This document shows, one piece after another, positions 1-8,254 of a DNA stretch of 32,000 nucleotides. Source of the DNA: Nitrosospira multiformis ATCC 25196. Its GTDB lineage: Bacteria; Pseudomonadota; Gammaproteobacteria; Burkholderiales; Nitrosomonadaceae. Below the pieces are notes generated by a model. That model saw only the letters and a list, made by a program, of their open reading frames with translations, was not told the origin of the DNA and did not search any database. Location of the stretch: positions 2,970,001 through 3,002,000 of the forward strand of contig NC_007614.1 in the NCBI RefSeq assembly GCF_000196355.1, read 5' to 3'. The translations under genes were made by a program, and so were the position numbers. Positions within the stretch are counted from its first letter, which is position 1. The number at the start of each line of letters is the position of its first letter.

Positions 1-440
1 TCCTGCAGCACGGAGCGGACCTCGCTTGAAGCAGCTGCATACTCCCCCCGCTCCAGCAATTCTTCCGCTCGTTTTATTGCCGCTGTATGGCGGCGATCCA
101 TATTGATCGCCTCCAACCCGGCGAGTGCGCGTTCATGACGTGGATTTATTTCAAGCGCCCGGCGAAAACTCCGTTCAGCCGCTTCCAGATCACCTGTCGA
201 CCTTGCGGCTTCCGCCTCGAATACGAAACGCGCGGCTATCGCTTCGCGCTGGCGCGCGAGCACCGCGCGAATTTCAAGATTATCCGGATTTTCGCGCGCC
301 GCCTGTTCGAGACTGGCAAGCCCAGTGTCGAGCTTGCCCTCGGCTATGAGCCGCTTGCCCTCCACGAACGCATTGTTTGTCGCGCATCCTGCAATTCCGG
401 CAAGAACCAGGGCAAGCAGAACGTGTTTGCCAGTTTTCAT
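1..440 (-). CDS. Outer-membrane lipoprotein with TPR-like N-terminus, 5' part only (continues past the left edge). It occupies the position where the secretin of the operon would be expected.
   Basis: Absent from the ORF track because no stop lies in the window. The reverse-strand ATG at 440-438 opens a stop-free frame down to base 1: MKTGKHVLLALVLAGIAGCATNNAFVEGKRLIAEGKLDTGLASLEQAARENPDNLEIRAVLARQ...ALEINPRHERALAGLEAI. This reads as a signal peptide plus lipobox (IAGC), then TPR-like helical repeats. The ATG overlaps the TGA of the upstream gene (ATGA). Confidence 0.6.
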   Translation of the reverse strand, partial: MKTGKHVLLALVLAGIAGCATNNAFVEGKRLIAEGKLDTGLASLEQAARENPDNLEIRAVLARQREAIAARFVFEAEAARSTGDLEAAERSFRRALEINPRHERALAGLEAINMDRRHTAAIKRAEELLERGEYAAASSEVRSVLQ

Positions 441-961
441 GGAATGTTTGCCGTTCCCGCAGTAGCAAGCATCTGCCTGGCGTTAAGAGGAAGATAGGTG
501 AACGTGATGCCGCGATCGCTCACCTCATCCAATCGATACTGGTTATTGATGCTCTCACCAGGTCTGACGATATAATTGCGTTCTCCCAGGGCGAGAAACA
601 CGCGTGTTTCATTCCCTTCGACAACCTTGCCCAGATACCTGAATTGCATCGGTGGCGGAGAGGGCCGCCTTGGCGGCTCCGGACGAGGAGGCGGAACCCA
701 TGATCTCTGTCCGAAAATGTCACCTGCCTGGGCACTGAATTTTCTGCGCTCCAACCGCCCGAGATCCAGCTCAGCGGCTTCATTTTCGGGGGCGTTCCTG
801 CCTGCAGGCGCTTCCTTTTGGAAATGGGGTGCTTCAGCAGAATCTGGAAGCGTTTCCGGACCTGCTTCGCCTTCTTCTCCGCTCACCCATTGGGCCACGA
901 GAAGCGTGGCCAGCAGCGCTCCAGCCAGCCATAACCTGCGCGCCTTCTCTGTCGGTTTCAA
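437..961 (-). CDS. PilP/GspC-like secretion-system assembly protein (N-terminal membrane anchor, Pro-rich linker, C-terminal beta domain)
   Basis: 174-aa ORF. N-terminal hydrophobic anchor (RRLWLAGALLATLLVAQW), Pro-rich stretch (PPPRPEPPRRPSPPP), and a C-terminal segment FRYLGKVVEGNETRVFLALGERNYIVRPGESINNQYRLDEV typical of PilP/GspC HR domains. Start and stop overlap both neighbouring genes. Confidence 0.6.
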   Translation of the reverse strand: MKPTEKARRLWLAGALLATLLVAQWVSGEEGEAGPETLPDSAEAPHFQKEAPAGRNAPENEAAELDLGRLERRKFSAQAGDIFGQRSWVPPPRPEPPRRPSPPPMQFRYLGKVVEGNETRVFLALGERNYIVRPGESINNQYRLDEVSDRGITFTYLPLNARQMLATAGTANIP

Positions 962-1536
962 TGCTTGCCTTCGCTCAGATAGAGATTGAATTTGATATTC
1001 GCTTCCAGCAGCTCCGCGTGTACCCCCTCGCGCCGGATGGCAACGTCAACCAGCGCCATTGCCGGTACCGCGTGCAAGGCATCGGCAATGAAACCCCGCA
1101 ATTGGGAATAATTTCCGCGGACCGGCACCATCATTTCGTAGCGCGCCAGTTTCAGATCCTTCTCTCGTATCATGCGATATTCAGTGCCGCTGATTTCCAC
1201 GCCCCGTTCTCCTGCAATCCGTACCAGTTCTCCAATCCACAACGGGGATGAATCCAGCTTCGGAAAAAATGCGTAGAACGCCGGCAATGCCTGATCGCCA
1301 CGCAGCCTTCGGCGGTGGCTTCCGCTCTCGGCGGAAGGCTCCATTCTTATCCTTGCTTCCAGCACCTCGGCTTCAGCCCTGAGTGCTTTCGATTCCTCCT
1401 GCCGCGGCAACACGGCTACCAGAAAAAATACGGCGGAGAATACAAGCAGCCCGAAACCGATTTTTCCCGCAGGACCAAGCCGCTCCATTTGCCAGCGCAC
1501 CCGCAGCCATACCGTTTTAAGGGAATTCAAGTCCAT
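958..1536 (-). CDS. GspM/PilO-like inner-membrane assembly protein
   Basis: 192-aa ORF with one TM segment near the N-terminus (IGFGLLVFSAVFFLVAVL), a coiled-coil-like stretch, then a ferredoxin-like C-terminal region. Position in the operon follows a PilN-like gene. It overlaps the upstream gene by 10 nt. Confidence 0.6.
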   Translation of the reverse strand: MDLNSLKTVWLRVRWQMERLGPAGKIGFGLLVFSAVFFLVAVLPRQEESKALRAEAEVLEARIRMEPSAESGSHRRRLRGDQALPAFYAFFPKLDSSPLWIGELVRIAGERGVEISGTEYRMIREKDLKLARYEMMVPVRGNYSQLRGFIADALHAVPAMALVDVAIRREGVHAELLEANIKFNLYLSEGKH

Positions 1537-2051
1537 GACGCCGTCAGGAAAAAAACCACCGGCCGCTGGGGATCATCCCGTTTGATTTCATACTTGAGCA
1601 GATAAGCATCCTTGACAGCGGATTGCCGCTCCAGTTCACTGACAAAATCAAGCATGGCCGATATATTCTTTGCTTCCCCGCCGATACGGACCGTGCGGCC
1701 AAAAACATCCGGTTGAAACGACAGCAAGGCCACCTCCTGGCTCGCCGCATGCTCGACTGAATCAAAAAGTGACTCCCATGGCAAATCGATCTCGCTCATC
1801 ACCGCATTGGCTTTTTTTAGCTCTTTTTTTATTTCACCCCCGCCCTGTGCCGACCAGACGCGGGGCGCAATCTTGCGTTGCGCTCGCCGATCCATGCTGG
1901 CGATGCGCAGATCCCAATAAGCCACCTCGTCCATGGCCGATCTGAACTGATGCAATACTCCTGCCAGGGCGACAGCGCCCAGCAAGACGAGGAAGTAACC
2001 CGCACTCCGCGCCTCTCCCTCGGGGGGGAATCTCAGCTTCAACCTACGCAT
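1527..2051 (-). CDS. PilN-like / GspL C-terminal-like inner-membrane assembly protein
   Basis: 174-aa ORF with a short cytoplasmic N-terminus, one TM (AGYFLVLLGAVALAGVL) and a periplasmic domain. It lies between the PilM-like and PilO-like genes. Its start overlaps the preceding stop. Confidence 0.6.
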   Translation of the reverse strand: MRRLKLRFPPEGEARSAGYFLVLLGAVALAGVLHQFRSAMDEVAYWDLRIASMDRRAQRKIAPRVWSAQGGGEIKKELKKANAVMSEIDLPWESLFDSVEHAASQEVALLSFQPDVFGRTVRIGGEAKNISAMLDFVSELERQSAVKDAYLLKYEIKRDDPQRPVVFFLTASWT

Positions 2052-2875
2052 CAGGTGTTGCGGTCTCGGTCATGTGATTGAAAGGGTAATGGGCCGGGAG
2101 CAGGGCGCGTTTTATCCTCCAGTGGAACAATTTGCCAGCCGCTACCTTCCGGCAAGGCCAAGCCGGGATGCTCCGGCGCGAAAAGACACACCTGTTCCGA
2201 GGTTCCGGCAGGCGCGGAAAAAAGCAGCGCTTCACGCTCGAGCGCGACAAGAAGCTCCTCTTCCACATCATCCAGTATTCTCTGATTCAGGATGCGCAGC
2301 CATGCGCCCCTTTCCAGCAGCGCCAGACAAAGCCGCCCGGTTTCGATCAGCGCGAACCACGCGCGCCCCTTGCCGAAACGGTCGTGCCAGTGGTCGAATA
2401 CGCTCGTGAAATAAGGCTCCACGTATTTGAGCTTCATCCGCTGACTGCCAGCGAGTTCTTCCAGTCCTTGCAAAAAACCGCGCTCTACCGCTGCACAAAC
2501 GGCCCCGGTTGCCGGATCCCAGGAACTTATGGTGAGTTCCCATTCGCCGGTTCGCTCCCCGTATATTTCCCGCATCTGGAAAGCTGCATAAGCCTGCAAC
2601 TCCGCCGGAGTCTCGATCCCTGATTGGGGCGGTATCACGGCGTAGCGGACAAAGTGATTGGATAGAAGAACATGGATCTCGGCGCCGGTTCCGGCCGGAA
2701 GCATCCGTTTCAACTGGGCAAGCGCCGCTCCCCAGGCGATTCCCTCGCCAGCGCGTTCACATGCTGCCACCTGTCTCTCGGCCTGACCTGGTTTTACGTG
2801 GCGCTGCAGGCGGACGAGCTCGACCCGGTGCGGAGACAAAAAAGCGCTGATTCGGTTACGCCGCAATAGTGACAC
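2051..2875 (-). CDS. PilM-like / GspL cytoplasmic-domain-like assembly protein
   Basis: The track ORF (2051..2929) overlaps gspE by 74 nt. A GTG at 2875 is preceded by GGAGG with 6-nt spacing (caGGAGGcaaaccGTG), giving VSLLRRNRISAFLSPHRVELVRL... and only a 20-nt overlap. Size and operon position fit the actin-like PilM/GspL family. No clear ATP-binding motif was seen. Confidence 0.6.
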   Translation of the reverse strand: MSLLRRNRISAFLSPHRVELVRLQRHVKPGQAERQVAACERAGEGIAWGAALAQLKRMLPAGTGAEIHVLLSNHFVRYAVIPPQSGIETPAELQAYAAFQMREIYGERTGEWELTISSWDPATGAVCAAVERGFLQGLEELAGSQRMKLKYVEPYFTSVFDHWHDRFGKGRAWFALIETGRLCLALLERGAWLRILNQRILDDVEEELLVALEREALLFSAPAGTSEQVCLFAPEHPGLALPEGSGWQIVPLEDKTRPAPGPLPFQSHDRDRNT

Positions 2876-4655
2876 GGTTTGCCTCCTGTAGACTCGTCTG
2901 CCCGCTCCTGACCATGGCCAAAGCAGCATCCCGCAGGAACAGGGTGCCTCCCCGCCGCGCGGCTTCCTTTATACGGCGTACGGGTTCTTTCGCTACGATG
3001 AGTTCGCGGATTTCATCGTTCAGCACCAGGATTTCCGCGATTGCGTTTCGCCCCCGATAGCCGCTTCCCCGGCAATGGCCGCATCCTTTGCCGCTGCGGA
3101 ATCTGAACGCGGCGATCTGCTCAGGATCGATTCCGGATTCCGCAATCAGCTGCTCGTCGGGCTGTTCTTCCACTGCGCAATGCACGCAAAGCAGGCGCAC
3201 CAGCCTTTGCGCGGCAACCCCATTCAAGGCAGAAACGAAACTGTAGGGATCCACTCCCATGTGGGTAAAACGGCCAATGACATCAAAAACGCTATTGGCA
3301 TGTACGGTGGTGAATACGAGATGGCCGGTCAAAGCAGCCTGAATGGCAATCTGCGCCGTTTCCGGATCGCGGATTTCGCCTACCATGATCTTGTCGGGGT
3401 CGTGGCGCAGGATGGAGCGAAGGCCGCGCACGAAAGTCAATCCTTTTTTCTCGTTGACAGGTATCTGCAATACGCCAGGCAATTGATACTCGATCGGGTC
3501 TTCGATGGTAATGATCTTATCGTGACCCTGGTTGACTTCCGAAATCGCCGCATAAAGCGTGGTAGTCTTCCCGCTGCCGGTGGGGCCTGTCACCAGCAGC
3601 ATTCCATAGGGCTCCGAGCTCAAGCGTCGCAGGGTGGATATGGCGACCCGATCGAATCCAAGATGATCGAGGGTCAAGCCCTTGACATGATCAGCCAGCG
3701 CCTGGCGGTCGAGAATGCGCAGTACCGCATCTTCTCCGAAAGCACTGGGCATGATCGAAACACGAAAGTCGATCTCCCGCCCCTGAATGGAAATCTTGAA
3801 ACGGCCATCCTGGGGAACTCGCCGCTCAGCTATATCCAGATCGGACATTACCTTGATACGGGAAATGACCTGTTCCGCCAGATCCGCCCCCTGCACCACT
3901 CCAATCATGGTCAGTACACCGTCAATACGATATTTGATCGACAGGGCTCCGGGAACGACTTCCAGGTGAATATCGCTCGCGTGCGACTTATGGGCATCAT
4001 ACAGCGTCGAATGCACCAAACGGACTACCTGGCTGGTGCCTTCGTTGATTGTCTTCAGCGAGAGGTCTTCCTCGCCCGGCTGCCTGGCGCCCCGCTCTGC
4101 CGCAGGCAGCACGCTGTCCATGGCGCGCATGGTCTGCTCCTGCTGGCTGAAAAAGGCTGTCAGATCGGCGGGATGAACCAGGTGCCATATCGCGGGAACA
4201 TCGATATATTCTTCCGCCCAGGCCCTCAAGCTGGAGGAAAAGGGATTGCTGACGGCAAGGATGTGCTTCCCCTGCTGGCGAAGCAATACGCACTCCTTTT
4301 TAGTGGCTTCACTGAAAGGCAATATTTCAAACGCCGGAGTTGATGCCCGTAACTTCTCCATCGTCAATACCGGCATCCTGAGCAGCCGCCCGAGTTCTGC
4401 GATCAACTGCTCCGGCGCGCATCCCAGTGTTTCCTCCAGGATGCTGACCACCGGAACACCCCGGTTGGCGGCCTCGCTGCGCGCCACGCCCAACCGCTGC
4501 GCATCCAGCAGCAATATCTGAGACGGCGGCTGTGATGCCCGCGCGTCTACCGGAAGCTCATTCCGGGAATATTCTTCCTGAAGCGCAAGAGATGGGTGCC
4601 CCGTTTGCTCGGGATTCTCCCTGCGCTCGCTGATGAGTACGGAAGGTGCATTCAT
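2856..4655 (-). CDS. gspE: Type II secretion / type IV pilus assembly ATPase (GspE/PilB family)
   Basis: 599 aa. Walker A motif GPTGSGKTT, His-box region LTGHLVFTTVHAN, and a C-terminal tetracysteine CVHC...CGHC. N-terminal T2SSE_N-like region (RLGVARSEAANRGVPVVSILEETLGCAPEQLIAELGRLL). Confidence 0.95.
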   Translation of the reverse strand: MNAPSVLISERRENPEQTGHPSLALQEEYSRNELPVDARASQPPSQILLLDAQRLGVARSEAANRGVPVVSILEETLGCAPEQLIAELGRLLRMPVLTMEKLRASTPAFEILPFSEATKKECVLLRQQGKHILAVSNPFSSSLRAWAEEYIDVPAIWHLVHPADLTAFFSQQEQTMRAMDSVLPAAERGARQPGEEDLSLKTINEGTSQVVRLVHSTLYDAHKSHASDIHLEVVPGALSIKYRIDGVLTMIGVVQGADLAEQVISRIKVMSDLDIAERRVPQDGRFKISIQGREIDFRVSIMPSAFGEDAVLRILDRQALADHVKGLTLDHLGFDRVAISTLRRLSSEPYGMLLVTGPTGSGKTTTLYAAISEVNQGHDKIITIEDPIEYQLPGVLQIPVNEKKGLTFVRGLRSILRHDPDKIMVGEIRDPETAQIAIQAALTGHLVFTTVHANSVFDVIGRFTHMGVDPYSFVSALNGVAAQRLVRLLCVHCAVEEQPDEQLIAESGIDPEQIAAFRFRSGKGCGHCRGSGYRGRNAIAEILVLNDEIRELIVAKEPVRRIKEAARRGGTLFLRDAALAMVRSGQTSLQEANRVTIAA

Positions 4656-4974
4656 AATGTATATCCCATCGCCCTTATCGAACGATTCGGCAATGGATCA
4701 ACGAAAGAAAAACCGGAATCCGTCCTGCAAATTCTGCTCTGCAGGCGACCCAACAGCACCAGCACCACGCACGACCCCAGGCTTAACGATTCATGGAAGA
4801 CCGGGAGCAATCTTTGTAGCCGCCGTTTGAGCAATCTGACCTGTCCGCACCTGCAGCACAGTGCCGCCCTCATCTCGATTGCGCAGCAAAACAGGGAAAT
4901 CCCATGACTTAAGGATGCTTTCTCCTCAGCAGAAGCAACGCATCTTCACGGGTAACCGGGGGACGGCAATAGGC

Positions 4975-6159
4975 TCAACCCACGCTTCCCGCCAGCTGAA
5001 AGATGGGCATATACATGAGGATGATGATCCCGCCGATGACTGCGCCGATCACGGCCATCAACACCGGTTCGATCAGCTTCGTCAGCCATTCGACCCACCG
5101 CGCAATTTCTTCATCATGAAAGTTGCCGATCCGCTCCATCATTTCACCCATGAGGCCGGTTCTCTCGCCGACTCTCAGCATCCGGTTTCCCACTGCGGTG
5201 GTCAACCCTTGCGCTTCCATCGCGCTGGAAATGGGTTTTCCTTCACGGATAAGAACCGCCGCTGCCTCGACCTTTGGCCGAAAGTGCGGCTGAAGCAGGC
5301 CGGTAACCATTTCCAGGGCTTTTGCAATCGGAATGCCCCCGCGCAACAACATGCCCAGTGTCCGGTAAAAACGCGCAAGCTGGTAAACGCGCATGCGTTC
5401 CCCGATGGCCGGAATGCGCCATAACTGCTGTGCCGCATGCATCTTGAAAGAAGGACGTGTGACCCCGTACAGGATGATGCTGGAGACCGCCGCCACAAGA
5501 ACTGCCAGCTGCCCCCCTTGCTCATGCACGAAATGCCCCCATCGAATCAGTAGCACGGAAAGAAAGGGCAGGTCCGCTCCGGTATCTTCGTAAATGGCGC
5601 TGAATTTCGGTACTACAAAAATCAGCAGGAAGATAGCAACCAGCAATCCGATTATCAGGAGGAGAACGGGGTAGATGGATGCACCGATCAGCTTCTTTCG
5701 AACCAGATCCATCTGCGTCTGATAAGCGATGAAACGCGTCAACGCTTCGGGCAGATCACCCGTACGTTCGCTCGCGCGCGCAGTAGCGATATAGAGCGGT
5801 GGGAAAGCCTGGGGAAAAGATTCGAGTGCCCGTGAAAGGGTTACGCCTTCGTAGAGCCGCGCAAGAAGCCCTTCAATAATCTTGCGCGTGCCATTATCCT
5901 GCTCTTTGTCAGCCAGTGTCTCGATACTTTCCACCAGACTGAGCCCGGCGACCAGCAGGGAAAGCAACTCCTGACTGAAATGCGCCAGCGGAAAGCGCGA
6001 TTTCGGCTTGGGCATCCAGCCTGTAAATCTGCGCCTGACATGCAGGACCATTCCCCCCTGCGCGGCGATCTGGAGACGGGCATCCTCCTCGCTATCGGCT
6101 TCGAGTTCCAGAAGTACTGCGCCTCGTCCGGCGAGCACAGCTTTTACCTCATAACGCAT
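4975..6159 (-). CDS. gspF: Type II secretion / type IV pilus platform protein (GspF/PilC family)
   Basis: 394 aa with the duplicated GspF-domain architecture and three hydrophobic TM segments. Typical C-terminus EPVLMAVIGAVIGGIIILMYMPIFQL. Confidence 0.93.
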   Translation of the reverse strand: MRYEVKAVLAGRGAVLLELEADSEEDARLQIAAQGGMVLHVRRRFTGWMPKPKSRFPLAHFSQELLSLLVAGLSLVESIETLADKEQDNGTRKIIEGLLARLYEGVTLSRALESFPQAFPPLYIATARASERTGDLPEALTRFIAYQTQMDLVRKKLIGASIYPVLLLIIGLLVAIFLLIFVVPKFSAIYEDTGADLPFLSVLLIRWGHFVHEQGGQLAVLVAAVSSIILYGVTRPSFKMHAAQQLWRIPAIGERMRVYQLARFYRTLGMLLRGGIPIAKALEMVTGLLQPHFRPKVEAAAVLIREGKPISSAMEAQGLTTAVGNRMLRVGERTGLMGEMMERIGNFHDEEIARWVEWLTKLIEPVLMAVIGAVIGGIIILMYMPIFQLAGSVG

Positions 6160-6165
6160 TGCAGC

Positions 6166-6630
6166 CTACCAGTTCGTAATGTCGGCTGCTTCACCTGTAC
6201 CCCCGGGTTGACCGTCCTTGCCGTAGGAAAACAGGTCGTACTCCCCATGTTCACCGGGATATCTATAAACGTATGCCCGTCCCCAGGGATCCGGCGGCGA
6301 TGTTTTTTTCAGATAAGGCCCCTGCCATTTCGGCTCGCTGGATGGACGTATCGTCAATGCCGCAAGGCCCTGCTCGGGAGTCGGGTAGTGTCCGGTATCC
6401 AGCCGATACTGGTCCAGTGCTTTTTCCAGGGAATCGATCTGGGCCTGAGCCACTTTCACCTCGGATTTTCCTACCTGGGAAAAATACTTGGGCGCCACAT
6501 AACCCGCCAGCAAGCCGATGATGACCATCACGACGAGCAATTCAAGTAACGTGAATCCGCCAGTCGTTTTACCCCAGCGCAGCGCGCTTGACTCCCTCAT
6601 TTCAGTATTCTGATTTTGATATCTGCTCAT
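6166..6630 (-). CDS. gspG: Major pseudopilin GspG with an unusually long leader peptide
   Basis: Prepilin motif G|FTLLELLVVMVIIGLLAGYVAP, followed by the GspG core (QIDSLEKALDQYRLDTGHYPT...GPYLKK...DPWGRAYVYRYPGEHGEYDLFSYGKDGQPGG). The track begins at a TTG (6642). The ATG at 6630 is my preferred start and an ATG at 6600 is also possible. All three leave 14-28 residues before the cleavage Gly. Confidence 0.92.
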   Translation of the reverse strand: MSRYQNQNTEMRESSALRWGKTTGGFTLLELLVVMVIIGLLAGYVAPKYFSQVGKSEVKVAQAQIDSLEKALDQYRLDTGHYPTPEQGLAALTIRPSSEPKWQGPYLKKTSPPDPWGRAYVYRYPGEHGEYDLFSYGKDGQPGGTGEAADITNW

Positions 6631-6759
6631 GGACTTCCACAACCCAGTGTAAGTGTATTACGTGACAAAACTATTACTAAAAACAAGCAAGGGTAGCTAA
6701 AAAAGTCTGATTGACGGGCAGATAAAAACCGCGCGAATCATATTAACTTCCCTGTAATT

Positions 6760-7462
6760 AACTTTCCTGTGATTTCGCAAGTAATAAGGGAAAACAGCAT
6801 CGCAGCCAGCGCTCGCATGAAGTGTTTTCAAGGGCTTTCCATTTTGGTACAGTAGAGGGCATCCGTGCTCCCCGAGCCGATGATACTTCCGCCGGCGGAA
6901 CCCGGCTGACTTCAAGTGCTTCCCCACTTCCATGCCATGCTATTCTCGAATACATTCAGGTAACTGAAAGCGAGAAGAAACGGGGTACTGGGCGCGATAA
7001 CCCTGCTTCGTCACAGGAAAAATTATACTATCCTGCGTCCCGATTCGGCAGCAGTAAGAGAGGTAATTACTTCGGCGCCGTGTAACTCGAGCATTAGCTT
7101 GGTGACAATCAATATCTCCCTCTCATAGTCTACGACTAATATCTTATGGCCGGAAAGGGACGGGTTTAGATTATTCATCCAATGGAGACAGAGTTGCTAT
7201 CGGTCAAAATTTTATTAATACTTTCTTAGCCTGTTCTGTTCGCACGGCCACATAAGAGCTTAAAGCAGTTCAAAGCACCTGACCCGGCAGAATTTGCAGC
7301 CAGCTGCTGCATGCAGGACGTCAACCGCGATAATCAAGGATAACGGGAGGCATGGACTGCTTCTGACACCTCAACACGATTGATTGATATTCTTTCAACA
7401 CTTCCATAACAGCTCCCCTATCCACCGGCTTCACGAGGTGCGAGTCAAATCTCGCTCCCGAT
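6760..7462 (-). pseudogene. Decayed two-component receiver-domain gene(s)
   Basis: Reverse-strand fragments lie in different frames and are broken by stops. 7450-7421 encodes FDSHLVKPVD, continuing RGAVMEVLKEYQ (receiver C-terminus). 7172-7023 encodes NLNPSLSGHKILVVDYEREILIVTKLMLELHGAEVITSLTAAES followed by a stop (receiver N-terminus). 6955-6758 has a weak ...SSARGA...KALENTS resemblance. No intact ORF spans them. Confidence 0.5.
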
Positions 7463-7601
7463 CCCACTTACCGCTGGACAAAAACGACGCCCCGGTATCT
7501 CCTCATCCTGGAGAAATCTTTTTTGGCCGACTGTGAAGCCTCTATTCGGCTCTGCTGCCTATGCCCGCGGCCCTCTCGGGTCAAAGGAAGGCGAGATATC
7601 C

Positions 7602-8003
7602 CTACAGTTTCGGCGGCTCTAATCTGAAGCCGGACATCACCACTACCTGAACGGGAGAAAAGTGAGCCATGTCCTCCGTTCTCGCCAGGATATTCTGTAC
7701 TTGCGAGAACTGATGCCGAAACTCAGCCTCATAAATTCTCCGAGCCAGCAGCTTCGCGACCCTCTCCGGCCACCCCAGTTTCCACCAATTGGCAATGGCT
7801 ATCCCGATGTCTCCCGTTTCCCGGATCATTCTCAAAACTGGACTTGGGTACTCGCCCGCATCGTAAAGTATTTCCATTTTCTTAATCCCCCACCTGTTAG
7901 AGATATTTGCAGCATGAGACATTAATCCTCTTTTTTTACAATTGTGAGACTCGTCCTCAATAACCGACCATAGCGATAGCTCATCAAGAGGAAGAATATT
8001 CAT
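7602..8003 (-). CDS. Hypothetical protein; possibly a degenerate receiver domain rather than a functional gene
   Basis: ORF taken from the internal Met (MNILPLDEL...); the upstream part of the track ORF is Cys/Arg-rich and unlikely. Weak receiver-like text is present (KKMEILYDAGE..., ...SPVQVVVMSGF) but the conserved acidic residues are missing. The stretch is AT-rich and adjoins other receiver remnants. Confidence 0.3.
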   Translation of the reverse strand: MNILPLDELSLWSVIEDESHNCKKRGLMSHAANISNRWGIKKMEILYDAGEYPSPVLRMIRETGDIGIAIANWWKLGWPERVAKLLARRIYEAEFRHQFSQVQNILARTEDMAHFSPVQVVVMSGFRLEPPKL

Positions 8004-8254
8004 TGGATAAGCGCCTTGACCCCTTGTCTTTCCGGTAGGAAGCCTAGCATTGCAGCACTGGCGATGTACGCAAGTTTGCAGATGTCGACGCCCTGGTGAC
8101 GGCATCGCATGTGTAGCGGACGTAACATTTTTTAACGCAGCAAGGACACTCAGGGTGAACCGATAAGATACAGTCAGGCTAGACCCACTGAAAAATCCGT
8201 TGGAGTTCCGGACAAGATGGATTCGAGAGGCCGGGCGTTTTACGCAACCGACAC

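Noticed and set aside
87-497. 136-aa plus-strand ORF at the left edge (also 125-349 plus and 280-468 minus)
   Set aside because: The opposite strand carries a much more convincing stop-free frame with a signal peptide, lipobox and TPR repeats, coupled by ATGA to the upstream gene. These ORFs are shadow frames.
3075-4343. 422-aa plus-strand ORF
   Set aside because: It is entirely antisense to the well-supported gspE gene. The composition is Arg/Gly/Ala-rich shadow-frame text with no recognisable motifs. The same reasoning applies to the other long shadow ORFs at 14103-14840 (antisense to dnaE2), 25835-26632 (antisense to ubiD), 26834-27808 (antisense to ubiA) and 16203-16790.
4652-4873. 73-aa minus-strand ORF whose stop overlaps the gspE ATG (ATGA)
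   Set aside because: It has no SD and many rare-looking codons (AGG, AGA, CTA, TTA, ATA) compared with neighbouring genes, and its sequence is Cys/Arg-rich. It is kept only as a remark in the intergenic-gap finding.
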